Assembly (NCBI GenBank): GCA_017463815.1 | Contig: JAFTOK010000092.1 | Location: forward strand, 1 to 40,796 | Direction of reading: 5' to 3' | DNA length: 40,796 bases | Source of the DNA: Clostridia bacterium | GTDB lineage: Bacteria; Bacillota; Clostridia; Oscillospirales; CAG-272 | Part shown: positions 16,824-25,973 of the stretch, in pieces | How the letters are laid out: the number at the start of each line of letters is the position of its first letter | Position numbering within the stretch: the first letter of the stretch is position 1 | Notes under the pieces: model-generated | The model's database searches: none | What the model was told of the DNA's origin: nothing | What the model saw: only the letters and a program-made list of their open reading frames with translations | Program-made: the position numbers and the translations under genes

Positions 16824-18571
16824 AAAAAACAAAAAATAAGGGTTTGCTTCGACGCTTTTTGCCCTACTACAAAAAATACAGCTGGATAATGGCGGCGGAC
16901 CTTTTCTGCGCCGCGCTCACCACGGTCTGCGAACTCGTCCTGCCTATGATTGTGCGCGAAATAACGGGCGCGGCTACGGAAGATATAGCCTCGCTCACGC
17001 TTGAGCTTATTTTGCGTTGCGGCCTTCTCTACGTTGCCCTTCGCATAATCGACACGGCGGCGAACTATTATATGACATCTGTGGGGCACATAATGGGCAC
17101 GAAAATCGAAAACGATATGCGCCGCGACCTTTTTGCCCACCTGCAGAAACTTTCTTTTTCCTACTATGACAATACGAAAGTCGGCACGCTTATGTCGCGC
17201 ATAACGAACGACCTTTTCGACGTTACGGAGTTTGCACACCATTGCCCCGAGGAATTTTTTATCGCGGGCATAAAAATCGTGTGCGCGTTTATCATTCTTT
17301 GCACGATGAACGTCGCGCTCACGCTCATAATTTTCTCTGTCGTTCCCGTTATGATTATCGTGCTCATCTATTTCCGCTTGAAAATGAAGGCGAACTTCGC
17401 AGATTCGCGCAAGCAAATCGGCGAGCTTAACTCGCAAATCGAGGATAGCCTGCTCGGCATACGCGTGGTTAAATCCTTCGCAAAGGAAGATTTGGAGCAG
17501 AAAAAATTCGACAAAGGCAACAAAGAATTTCTGCGCCTTAAATCGGAGCGCTACTACATAATGGGCGGTTTCACCTCCGCGACACGCCTTTTCGAGGGCA
17601 TTATGTACATCGTGGTGGTTATGGTCGGCGGTGTCTTCCTTTTGAACGGAGGAATCACGGCGGCAGATTACGTGGCGTACCTTATGTTCGTTTCCACGCT
17701 CCTTACGTCCATACGCAGAATCGTGGAGTTTGCAGAGCAGTTCCAGCTTGGTATGAGCGGCATAGAACGCTTTGCGGAAATTATGGACACAGAGCCCGAA
17801 ATCCGCGATGCTGCGGGCGCACGCACGCTCGAAAACGTAAAGGGCGCGGTGGAATTTCGCAACGTTTCTTTCCATTACGAAAGCGAAAAGCAGGAGGTTC
17901 TGCACGGGCTCGACCTTTCCGTTAAGGCGGGCGAAAGCGTGGCGCTCGTTGGCCCCTCGGGCGGCGGCAAAACCACACTTTGCTCTCTTATTCCGCGCTT
18001 CTATGAAGCCTCTGCGGGCGAAATACGCATAGACGGCACGGATATAAAGGGCGTAACACTCGCCTCCCTGCGCGAAAACATCGGCGTGGTGGCACAGGAC
18101 GTTTACCTTTTCTCGGGCAGTGTGCGCGAAAACATAGCGTACGGCAAAACGGACGCTACCGACGAAGAAATAGAGCGCGCGGCACGCCTTGCGGGCGCAC
18201 ACGAGTTTATTTCCGCCTTGCCCGACGGCTACGACACATACGTGGGCGAACGCGGCGTGAAACTTTCGGGCGGGCAGAAACAGCGCATTTCCATAGCGCG
18301 CGTATTTTTAAAAGACCCTCCCATTCTCATTCTCGACGAAGCCACGAGCGCGCTCGATAACGAAAGCGAGCGTTTGGTGCAGGAGTCGCTTGAAAAGCTG
18401 GCGAAAGGCAGAACAACATTCACCGTGGCGCACCGCCTCACGACGATTAAGAACGCAGACCGCATTCTCGTGCTCACGGAAAACGGCATAGAGGAAAGCG
18501 GCACGCACGCAGAGCTTCTCGCAAAAGGCGGATTATACAGCGAGCTTTACAAGCTTTACACGGTTGTATAG
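16820..18571 (+). CDS. ABC exporter, fused permease/ATPase
   Basis: Walker A GPSGGGKT, LSGGQ, ILDEATS. ATG 16820 follows AAGGAG and overlaps the tetR stop. Confidence 0.93.
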   Translation: MKKTKNKGLLRRFLPYYKKYSWIMAADLFCAALTTVCELVLPMIVREITGAATEDIASLTLELILRCGLLYVALRIIDTAANYYMTSVGHIMGTKIENDMRRDLFAHLQKLSFSYYDNTKVGTLMSRITNDLFDVTEFAHHCPEEFFIAGIKIVCAFIILCTMNVALTLIIFSVVPVMIIVLIYFRLKMKANFADSRKQIGELNSQIEDSLLGIRVVKSFAKEDLEQKKFDKGNKEFLRLKSERYYIMGGFTSATRLFEGIMYIVVVMVGGVFLLNGGITAADYVAYLMFVSTLLTSIRRIVEFAEQFQLGMSGIERFAEIMDTEPEIRDAAGARTLENVKGAVEFRNVSFHYESEKQEVLHGLDLSVKAGESVALVGPSGGGKTTLCSLIPRFYEASAGEIRIDGTDIKGVTLASLRENIGVVAQDVYLFSGSVRENIAYGKTDATDEEIERAARLAGAHEFISALPDGYDTYVGERGVKLSGGQKQRISIARVFLKDPPILILDEATSALDNESERLVQESLEKLAKGRTTFTVAHRLTTIKNADRILVLTENGIEESGTHAELLAKGGLYSELYKLYTVV

Positions 18572-18601
18572 AAACACGCTTAACGGAAAAATCGCACAAA
18601 T

Positions 18602-18642
18602 AAAAAATCCCACAGACCGTAGGGCGGTTTTGTGGGATTTTT
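18602..18642. terminator. Bidirectional terminator
   Basis: AAAAATCCCACAGACCG...CGGTTTTGTGGGATTTTT. Confidence 0.85.
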
Positions 18643-18648
18643 CTATGC

Positions 18649-20634
18649 TTAAAATTGCGGGCGTTCGCCTTTGGGCGGTCTGCCGTGCGGGGGAGGGGGC
18701 GGAAAATCGCCTTTGGGCTCTTCGCCGTCGGGGTTTTCCATATAGCGTTTTGCCTGTGTGGAGAAAAGCTCGTAGTACGTGCCGCGCTTTTTCATAAGCT
18801 CCTGGTGGTTGCCCTGCTCGGTGAGCACGCCGCCGTCGATAACGAGGATTTTATCCGCTACCGTGGCGCTGGAAAGCCTGTGGGAAACGAAAATCGTCGT
18901 CTTATCCTTGCGCAGAGTGTCGAATTGGTTGTAAATTTCCTGCTCGGCAATGGCATCGAGGCTCGCCGTGGGCTCGTCGAGAATGAGAATGTCAGAGTCG
19001 CTGTAGAATGCGCGTGCTATGGAAAGCTTCTGCCACTGACCTATGGAAAGCTCTATGCCGTCCTTTTCAAACACTCGCGTGAGCGAGGTGTTGTATTCGT
19101 TGGGGAGTTTTTCGATAAACTGCGTGGAGGAGGATTTTTCTGCTGCGGAAAGCACTGCTTGCTCGTCTACGGGGTCGTTTATACGGGAGAAGGTGATGTT
19201 GTCGCGCACGCTAACGGCGTATTTGCCGAAATCCTGGAAGATGATGCCGTAGAGGGAATAAAGCTCTTTAAGGTCGTATTCGCGTATGTCGTGGCCGTCG
19301 AGCAAAATGCGCCCTTCCGTAGGGTCGTAAAGGCGGGTAATGAGCTTAATCAGCGTGGTTTTGCCCGCGCCGTTAAGGCCTACGAGAACGACGGTGTCGC
19401 CCGGTTCAAGCACGGCGGAGAAGTTCTTTATAACGAAGCGTTCTGTGCCGGGGTAACGGAAAGACACGTTCTGGAGCTCTATTCTGTGGCCTGTGTGGCG
19501 TTTAACCTTGAGCGGCTCGGAAATAAGGGGAACAACCGTCTGTTTTTCGTCCATAAACGTGATAAGGTTGTCTATAAAGAGCGTGCCTTCGTAAATAGAT
19601 GACATCGTGGCGATGAACGTGGTGATACCGTGGGAAATGGAGTTGAGCGCGCCGGTGTAGAGGTTATAGTCGCCGACCTCCATCCAGCCCTCGAAAACGC
19701 CGTTTGCTATGTAGAGGAAGAGGAAGCAGTTTACCACGGCGGAAACGACGGCTACGGAAATATTGAGCACGCCCTCTTTTATAAAGAGCTTTTTAAGGCC
19801 GCTGAAGTATTTTTGGAAGATATTCTGGTATTTTTCCGTGAAATGGTCGTAAAGTCCGAAAATGCGAAGCTCTTTTGCCATATCCTTGTTCGTTGTGAGC
19901 CCCGAATAATAGGAAAGCTCGCGGCGGGATTTGGAGTTGCGGCGCATATAATTGAAGTTTTTCTTGCGGTAGGAGAATGTGATTATCGCACTGGGGAGCG
20001 AAAGAAGAATAATGAGCCAAGGCGCGCCGGGGCTTATTGCCCAAAGTATGGTAACGTAGGAAATCATACTTATAAGCGTGCTCATTATCTGGAACGTGGA
20101 GCGCAAAATCTGAATGGGGCGGGAGCCTGCTTCACGCGAAGCGTTTTCGAGCTTTTCGTAAAACTCGGGGCGGTCGAAGCTGGCGATGTCGATGGTTTTC
20201 GCCTTTTTCATAATCTTTGTGTTTACGTGGTTTACCACAAGCTCGCCCGAAATGCGCGTAACCATAGTTTCCACGTTGGAAACTATGCTCGTTATGAAAA
20301 TGAGCGCAAACTGCAAAATAAGCAGCTTCATCGTGGCATCGAACGAAACGGCTTCACCGTTCTGGTTGTTAAGGTATATGTCTGCAAGTTCATTTAAGAT
20401 TTCCGCGCCTACGAGCGATTTTATAACGGGCAAAAAGCCCTGAATAATCGCTATGAAGAGAAGCGCAAAAAGTATCCACGGGCGCGTTTGCCAAACAAGC
20501 CCTACGATGTAGAAAAGTCTGAAAAAGAAGTTTTTTACTACGTTGAAGACGAAAGAGGGCACTTCACGTATGCTTTTTGGTTTTGGCACACGGTTTTTTT
20601 CGCTCGCTTCGCCGGGGGGCGGTCCCATCATCAT
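18649..20634 (-). CDS. ABC exporter, fused permease/ATPase
   Basis: Walker A GLNGAGKT, variant signature LSIGQ, ILDEPTAS. Confidence 0.93.
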   Translation of the reverse strand: MMMGPPPGEASEKNRVPKPKSIREVPSFVFNVVKNFFFRLFYIVGLVWQTRPWILFALLFIAIIQGFLPVIKSLVGAEILNELADIYLNNQNGEAVSFDATMKLLILQFALIFITSIVSNVETMVTRISGELVVNHVNTKIMKKAKTIDIASFDRPEFYEKLENASREAGSRPIQILRSTFQIMSTLISMISYVTILWAISPGAPWLIILLSLPSAIITFSYRKKNFNYMRRNSKSRRELSYYSGLTTNKDMAKELRIFGLYDHFTEKYQNIFQKYFSGLKKLFIKEGVLNISVAVVSAVVNCFLFLYIANGVFEGWMEVGDYNLYTGALNSISHGITTFIATMSSIYEGTLFIDNLITFMDEKQTVVPLISEPLKVKRHTGHRIELQNVSFRYPGTERFVIKNFSAVLEPGDTVVLVGLNGAGKTTLIKLITRLYDPTEGRILLDGHDIREYDLKELYSLYGIIFQDFGKYAVSVRDNITFSRINDPVDEQAVLSAAEKSSSTQFIEKLPNEYNTSLTRVFEKDGIELSIGQWQKLSIARAFYSDSDILILDEPTASLDAIAEQEIYNQFDTLRKDKTTIFVSHRLSSATVADKILVIDGGVLTEQGNHQELMKKRGTYYELFSTQAKRYMENPDGEEPKGDFPPPPPHGRPPKGERPQF

Positions 20635-20683
20635 AAATACTTTCCTCCTTGAAAATATGTAAATTTTGTAAGATACCTAACTA

Positions 20684-20712
20684 ATTTTAACACGATATGA
20701 ACGATGTGTCAA
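20684..20712 (-). promoter_or_regulatory. Sigma-A promoter for the ABC transporter
   Basis: Minus strand TTGACA-17 bp-TAAAAT. Confidence 0.7.
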
Positions 20713-20924
20713 CAAAATATACGGTTTCTTCATACTTTTTTAACATTTTTCTGCAAATGTTTAAATTTTCTTATTTTTGAAGCGCTTGGAAAGGGAGTTT
20801 ATATAAGGATTTCGTGCCAATCTTCTACTATTGATTCGGTAGGTTATGGTAAGATATAATGATTTTGTAATCAGACGAGAAATTTGTTTGAAATAAAAAA
20901 ATCTACCTGAAAGGAAAACTTTTT

Positions 20925-22082
20925 ATGAACAAGAAACCGCAAAGAATAAGACATTTACCCGGCAAAGGGAAGAAATTCAAGCTCAAAAACGGTGGCAAGG
21001 CGGCGCTTGCCACGGGGGCGCTCACGCTCTCTATTTTGCTCGCCTCCTGCGGAGAGGTTTCGGGCGACGGCACGGAGAGTGGCACGGGAAGCACGGGACG
21101 GCCTGCGGGCAGCACCCGCCCGAGCGACGTTACAACAGTTGCCCCGCTCGAAAACGGCACGCACACGAGCGTTTTTTACGAAGAAATTCCATTTGAAACG
21201 GTTTACATAGAAAGCCCCGAGCTTTACGACGATGAAGAAATCGTACAGGAAGAAGGCGCGGCAGGCAAGGCGGAGGTGCGCGAGCACACGCTATACAAAG
21301 ACGGCAAGGTGCAGGACGTTTGGCAGGAAACGCTCACGCTTGCAGAGGCGAAAAACCGCGTTATTTTGCGCGGAACGAAGCCGAGCGTGGAAATAAAAGA
21401 AAATACTATCACCGAAACTTTGGAAAAATACTCGACAATTTACGAAGAATGTGATACTATGGAAGTAGGCACAACAAAATTAAAAACAGAAGGCAAAGAT
21501 TCCGTTGCCACAAGAACCTATCGTTATACGTATACGAAAGGCGAGCTTACGGGCACGGAAATTGTAGCGGAGGAGCTGAGCACGCGTGTGGACGAGGTTA
21601 TTCTCGTAGGCACGAAAGCGCAGAGCTTCGGCTTGCCGTTTATCGATGCGGCGCACGGCGGCGTGGACTACAAGCTCACGCAGTCCTTCGGCGGTGCGAA
21701 CAACCACCGCGGGCTCGATTTTGCCGTTTACTACGGCGACCCGATAATAGCGACGATGGACGGCACGGTGATAGAAGCGTACGACGCGGGCTATTTTTCC
21801 AAAAACAATATTCTTTGGACATACGGCACGTACGTCGTTATCCAGCACGACAACGGATTCCGCACCTATTACGCGCACCTTTCCCGCCGCACGGTGAAAA
21901 AGGGCGACAAGGTGAAGAAGGGCGAGGTCATCGGCGCTTCGGGCAACACGGGGCGGCTGAATACCACAGCCACGGGGCCTTATGCGGGTACGCACCTGCA
22001 TTTCGAGATACGCAAGTATAACGCGAAAACGGGTGTTTACAACACCGTAGACCCGAAACCCTACCTGCCGTGGTGGAGATAA
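20925..22082 (+). CDS. Lipoprotein with G5 domain(s) and C-terminal M23 peptidoglycan endopeptidase
   Basis: Lipobox LASC. G5-like segments (EEIPFET...VILRGTK, DEVILVGTK). M23 motifs HRGLD, YAHL, HLHFEI. Confidence 0.9.
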   Translation: MNKKPQRIRHLPGKGKKFKLKNGGKAALATGALTLSILLASCGEVSGDGTESGTGSTGRPAGSTRPSDVTTVAPLENGTHTSVFYEEIPFETVYIESPELYDDEEIVQEEGAAGKAEVREHTLYKDGKVQDVWQETLTLAEAKNRVILRGTKPSVEIKENTITETLEKYSTIYEECDTMEVGTTKLKTEGKDSVATRTYRYTYTKGELTGTEIVAEELSTRVDEVILVGTKAQSFGLPFIDAAHGGVDYKLTQSFGGANNHRGLDFAVYYGDPIIATMDGTVIEAYDAGYFSKNNILWTYGTYVVIQHDNGFRTYYAHLSRRTVKKGDKVKKGEVIGASGNTGRLNTTATGPYAGTHLHFEIRKYNAKTGVYNTVDPKPYLPWWR

Positions 22083-22140
22083 TACCGCAAACCCTGCTGT
22101 TTTTAATAAAACCAAATTTAAAGAAAAGGAAAGAAAAGCT

Positions 22141-24429
22141 ATGGTTGAAATTTCCAAAACAAAAAACTACGGCCATTTTGAAAACAGCGGCGAAACCTTT
22201 GTGATTACCGACATCGAAACCCCCAGACATTGGTATAACTACTTCTTTAATGATGAATACGTTTCTTTCACCTCTCAGGTGGGCTTTGGCGAAGGTCTTT
22301 GCCAGGACAGTATGGGAAGAAGAATTTTCCTCGTTTCAAACAGAAACGTGTTCCTTAAATCCGCCGACAAGGCGTGGAGCGCTTTCGGTTTGCCTGTTGG
22401 CTACGGCTACACAGATTACGCTTGCGCACACGAAAACGGTGCCAGCACGGTTTCCCTTACATATGAAGGCGTAAAGAGCGCGGTTCGCATTTTCGTCCCC
22501 AACAAGGGCAAATACGAAATCTGGAGCGTTACCGCGGAAAACACGACGGCTGAAACAAAAGAGCTTTCCGTAATCGCATACGCAAAAACGGAAATCGACG
22601 GTACTTACCGCCCGCAGTGCTATAGCCTCGGCAAAGGCGGCTTCTGCGAAAAGCACAACGCCGTTTACGGTCACGTATATGCCGCATATGAAACCGCCAA
22701 AAACCGCGACGTTTGGGGATATATGTCTGCAAGCGAAACGGCAGACGGCTACGACAGCCGCCGCAACGCCTTCATCGGTCCTTTCGGTGACGAACAGCAC
22801 CCTGTGGCTATAACGAAAATGCTCGGCTGCCAAAACTCCGAATGCCATTCCGAAAAGCTTTGCTACGCGCTCGAAAACAAGCTCACACTTGCCCCCGGCG
22901 AAAAGAAGACGGTTCACTACCTTGTGGGCGTTGCGCTCTCTTGGGATGAAATGGTTACACCCACGGCAGAATGGGCAGAGGCTGAATTTGCCGCTATGAA
23001 AGCAAAATATGCGCGCGACCTTGCGGGCGTTGAAATAAACACACCCAATGCACAGCTCGACAACCTCGTAAACGGTTGGCTCAAATATGCGGCGCATATG
23101 GGCAGCCGCTGGGCACGCGTGCGCCACAATGGCTACCGCGACCTCACGAGCGACACGGAATGCTTCGCTTGCGTAAACCCCGCACTCGCTTGGGAAAGAA
23201 TAAAACGCATACTCACTTTCCAATATGACACGGGTTATGCCCCCCGCACGTTTATCGACGGCGCTATAAAGGACCGCAATTTTGCGGATAACACGGTTTG
23301 GCTTGCTTCCGCCGTTGCCACAATCGTAAAAGAGCTCGGCAACAAAGAGCTTCTTAACGAAGAAGTTGCGTTCAACAACGGCACAGTTGCCACGGTTTAC
23401 GAGCATATCCGCAGAAGCGTGGATTTCCTCTTCAATTTCCAGGGTCTTTACGGTCTTGTTAAAATTTGGGGTGGCGACTGGAACGACTGCGTAAACTTCG
23501 CAGGTCTTAAAGGCAAAGGCGTTTCCGTTTGGCTTTCCATTGCTTGGTGCTATGCAAACAAACGCTTCCGCGAACTCGCCGTTATGCTCGGCAAAGAGGA
23601 AGACGCGGCGCTTTCCGAAGAGCGCGGCAAGATTATGGCAGAGCGCATAGAGGAATACGGCAGAGATAAAGAAGCGGGCTACTACATCTACGCCCGTACA
23701 GATGACGATATTGTAATGGGCGCGCACGATTGCGAAGAAGGTCAGATTTTCCTCATTTCTCAGCTTTGGTCCGTTTTCGCGGGGCTTGAAAACGCTGCAG
23801 AAGCGATGGACAAAGCGGAAGAAATCCTCGAAACGCCCATCGGTATCCGCCTCGCATACCCCGCGTACTCCCATCAGTACGACTACATCGGCTCTATGGC
23901 GGAAAAAGAACCCGGCACACAGGATAACGGAGGTATCTACCTCCACCCCTCCGCTTGGAAGCTCGCGGTAGACTCGCTCCTCCGCAGACCCGACAGAGTG
24001 GAAGAGGGCATACTCAAAATGCTCCCCGGCGCGAACGCATACGGCGGCGAAACCTGCGGCGAACCCTACGCTATGTACAACTCCTATTTTGCGCCCGAAA
24101 CGGGCTACAGAATGGGCACACCGGGCCAGAGCTGGCGCACGGCGTCGAGCTCCTGGATGCTTAAATCCGTTGTGGAATACATCTTTGGTATGCACGCGGA
24201 AATGGAAGGCCTGCGTATAGAGCCTTGCTTGCCGCTTTCCTGGAAGGAATGCTCTATAAAGAAAGTATTCCGCGGCTGCACGTACGATATTAAATTTATC
24301 GGAAACGGCGAAGGCACAGACGTTATCGCTATGAAAGTAAACGGCGAAGATGTGGCGTATGAACGCAACATCGTTCCCGCAAAAGCAGGCGAAACGCTCA
24401 AAGTGGAAGTTTACCTCGGCAAGAAATGA
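22141..24429 (+). CDS. GH94-family glycoside phosphorylase (cellobiose/chitobiose phosphorylase-like), specificity unknown
   Basis: TPRHWYNY, GYRD, GDWND (catalytic Asp), DNGGIYLH, GLRIEPCLP. Confidence 0.85.
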   Translation: MVEISKTKNYGHFENSGETFVITDIETPRHWYNYFFNDEYVSFTSQVGFGEGLCQDSMGRRIFLVSNRNVFLKSADKAWSAFGLPVGYGYTDYACAHENGASTVSLTYEGVKSAVRIFVPNKGKYEIWSVTAENTTAETKELSVIAYAKTEIDGTYRPQCYSLGKGGFCEKHNAVYGHVYAAYETAKNRDVWGYMSASETADGYDSRRNAFIGPFGDEQHPVAITKMLGCQNSECHSEKLCYALENKLTLAPGEKKTVHYLVGVALSWDEMVTPTAEWAEAEFAAMKAKYARDLAGVEINTPNAQLDNLVNGWLKYAAHMGSRWARVRHNGYRDLTSDTECFACVNPALAWERIKRILTFQYDTGYAPRTFIDGAIKDRNFADNTVWLASAVATIVKELGNKELLNEEVAFNNGTVATVYEHIRRSVDFLFNFQGLYGLVKIWGGDWNDCVNFAGLKGKGVSVWLSIAWCYANKRFRELAVMLGKEEDAALSEERGKIMAERIEEYGRDKEAGYYIYARTDDDIVMGAHDCEEGQIFLISQLWSVFAGLENAAEAMDKAEEILETPIGIRLAYPAYSHQYDYIGSMAEKEPGTQDNGGIYLHPSAWKLAVDSLLRRPDRVEEGILKMLPGANAYGGETCGEPYAMYNSYFAPETGYRMGTPGQSWRTASSSWMLKSVVEYIFGMHAEMEGLRIEPCLPLSWKECSIKKVFRGCTYDIKFIGNGEGTDVIAMKVNGEDVAYERNIVPAKAGETLKVEVYLGKK

Positions 24430-24438
24430 TAATATGAG

Positions 24439-24467
24439 AAAAATCCTCCTGAAAAGGAGGATTTTTT
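24439..24467. terminator. Terminator after the GH94 gene
   Basis: AAAAATCCTCCT-GAAA-AGGAGGATTTTT. Confidence 0.85.
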
Positions 24468-24470
24468 AGA

Positions 24471-24580
24471 GAGCCTCTCACTTTGGGAGAGGTGCCGAGT
24501 TTACGAGGCGGAGAGGGCTTGGGCTAAGCAAAATATGCCCTCTCAGTCGCTAACGCGCCAGCTCCCCCAGGGGGCGAGCC
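24471..24580. repeat. REP-like inverted doublet, diverged variant
   Basis: GAGCCTCTC...GAGAGGTG-hairpin-GAGAGGGC faces GCCCTCTCAGTC-hairpin-CAGCTCCCC...GAGCC. Confidence 0.8.
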
Positions 24581-24585
24581 TGATG

Positions 24586-24858
24586 TTATCTTTTCGTTAT
24601 AAGATATATTCCTCTTGCGAAAAAACTGCGCGTGCGCTCGAAAGCGTTATCTACTTCGGGGTAGGGGATATTTTTAATTCCGTGTCTTTCTCGGAAAATT
24701 CGGTTTATTCCGCGTTTATATCTGTCGCTCGGCTCTATTTTTTCTGTGGAGCGCAATTCTTTTTTTGTTTTTTCGTACTCTATACGGTTACATTCAATAA
24801 ATGCGGCTTTCAACTTTTCAAGCCCGATTTGCGCTTTTTCTTTATCAAATTCATTCAT
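24586..24858 (-). CDS. Hypothetical 90-aa protein
   Basis: AAAGGAG RBS, charged helical composition, divergent from the XRE gene. Confidence 0.75.
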   Translation of the reverse strand: MNEFDKEKAQIGLEKLKAAFIECNRIEYEKTKKELRSTEKIEPSDRYKRGINRIFRERHGIKNIPYPEVDNAFERTRSFFARGIYLITKR

Positions 24859-25007
24859 AAAACTATTCTCCTTTGAAAAAAATTTTTGTTTAATATACAG
24901 AGTAGATATTTAATATATACTCTATTAACAATTATATTTAATTTTAGTATAAAATCAATATAAAAGATAAAAAATATATAGTGTATATAATTGTTGGGAT
25001 TGTATTT

Positions 25008-25277
25008 ATGGCAAAAACGATGTTTTTAATAAAAGGAAATATTTGTGCGGAACGAGTGCGCCTCGGCAGAGCGTTGCAAAACCCGCATATGACACAAGAA
25101 GAACTTGCTCGAAAAATTCAACTTATGGGAATGGAAATGACACCTGTTATAATTTCCAGAATAGAGCAAAATCAACGTCACATTTGCGATGCAGAATTGC
25201 GTATGATAGCCAAAGCACTCGGCGTTTCTATGGAGTGGCTATGTGGCGATGTTAATGAGATAAAATTGAATAAATAA
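25008..25277 (+). CDS. XRE-family helix-turn-helix regulator
   Basis: MTQEELARK...ISRIEQNQR...IAKALGVSMEWL. Confidence 0.9.
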   Translation: MAKTMFLIKGNICAERVRLGRALQNPHMTQEELARKIQLMGMEMTPVIISRIEQNQRHICDAELRMIAKALGVSMEWLCGDVNEIKLNK

Positions 25278-25329
25278 AAAGCCTGCCCTGTGTGAGGTAG
25301 CTTTTTTAGTTGAGAAGGCGGAAAAAACG

Positions 25330-25856
25330 GGCTTCCCCTTTGAGGGGAAGCTCCGCGAAGCGGTGATGAGGTGTCTAAAAATCTTAAAAAATAAAAATTC
25401 ACCTCAATTTTGTTAAGCGAAGGTACACCCCTTCAGTCCCTTACGGGACAGCTTACCCCTATTAAGAGGGGAAGCCTTTTTTTACGGAGGATTTTTGCCC
25501 CTGCAAGCGCACCGAATTTGCAGAAAGCCTTCCCCTGCATCAGCATTAGGGGAAGGGTGACCGCTTGCGGTGGAAGGGGTATTCCTTCGTTTTTATAAAA
25601 ATACGGTGCGAAAGTACACCCCTTCAGTCCCTCGCGGGACAGCTTCCCCTATTAAGAGGGGAAGCCTTTTTTACGGAGGATTTTTGCCTCTGCAAGCGCG
25701 CCGAATTTGCAGAAAGCCTTCCCCTGCATCAGCATTAGGGGAAGGGGGACCGCTTGCGGTGGAAGGGGTATTCTTTCGCTTTTATAAAAATACGGTGCGA
25801 GGGTACACCCCTTCAGTCCCTCACGGGACAGCTTCCCCTATCAAGAGGGAAAGCCT
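25330..25856. repeat. BIME-like tandem array of alternating REP-like units, period ~190 bp
   Basis: GCGAnnGTACACCCCTTCAGTCCC recurs at ~25417, ~25608 and ~25797. Each period holds two oppositely oriented palindromic units, and a further unit lies at 25330-25373. Confidence 0.92.
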
Positions 25857-25908
25857 TCTTGGTTTATTTTTGAAAAATTGATTTCCCTATCTTAAATAAA
25901 ATCCCGTC

Positions 25909-25937
25909 TTGACAATGCGGCGTTTTTGGGGTACACT
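25909..25937 (+). promoter_or_regulatory. Sigma-A promoter
   Basis: TTGACA-17 bp-TACACT. Confidence 0.65.
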
Positions 25938-25973
25938 TTATATATAAGGTTTAATAAAGGGAAGGTAATCATT

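Noticed and set aside
18649-20634. Proline-rich termini of the ABC transporter as a special feature
   Set aside because: Short disordered Pro/Gly tails are common in this exporter class and give no specific signal.
25417-25856. Possible CRISPR array
   Set aside because: The sequences between palindromes are repeated rather than unique, the period is ~190 bp, and no cas genes are present.
25410-25881. ORFs 25410-25598 and 25570-25881
   Set aside because: They are translations of the REP array.
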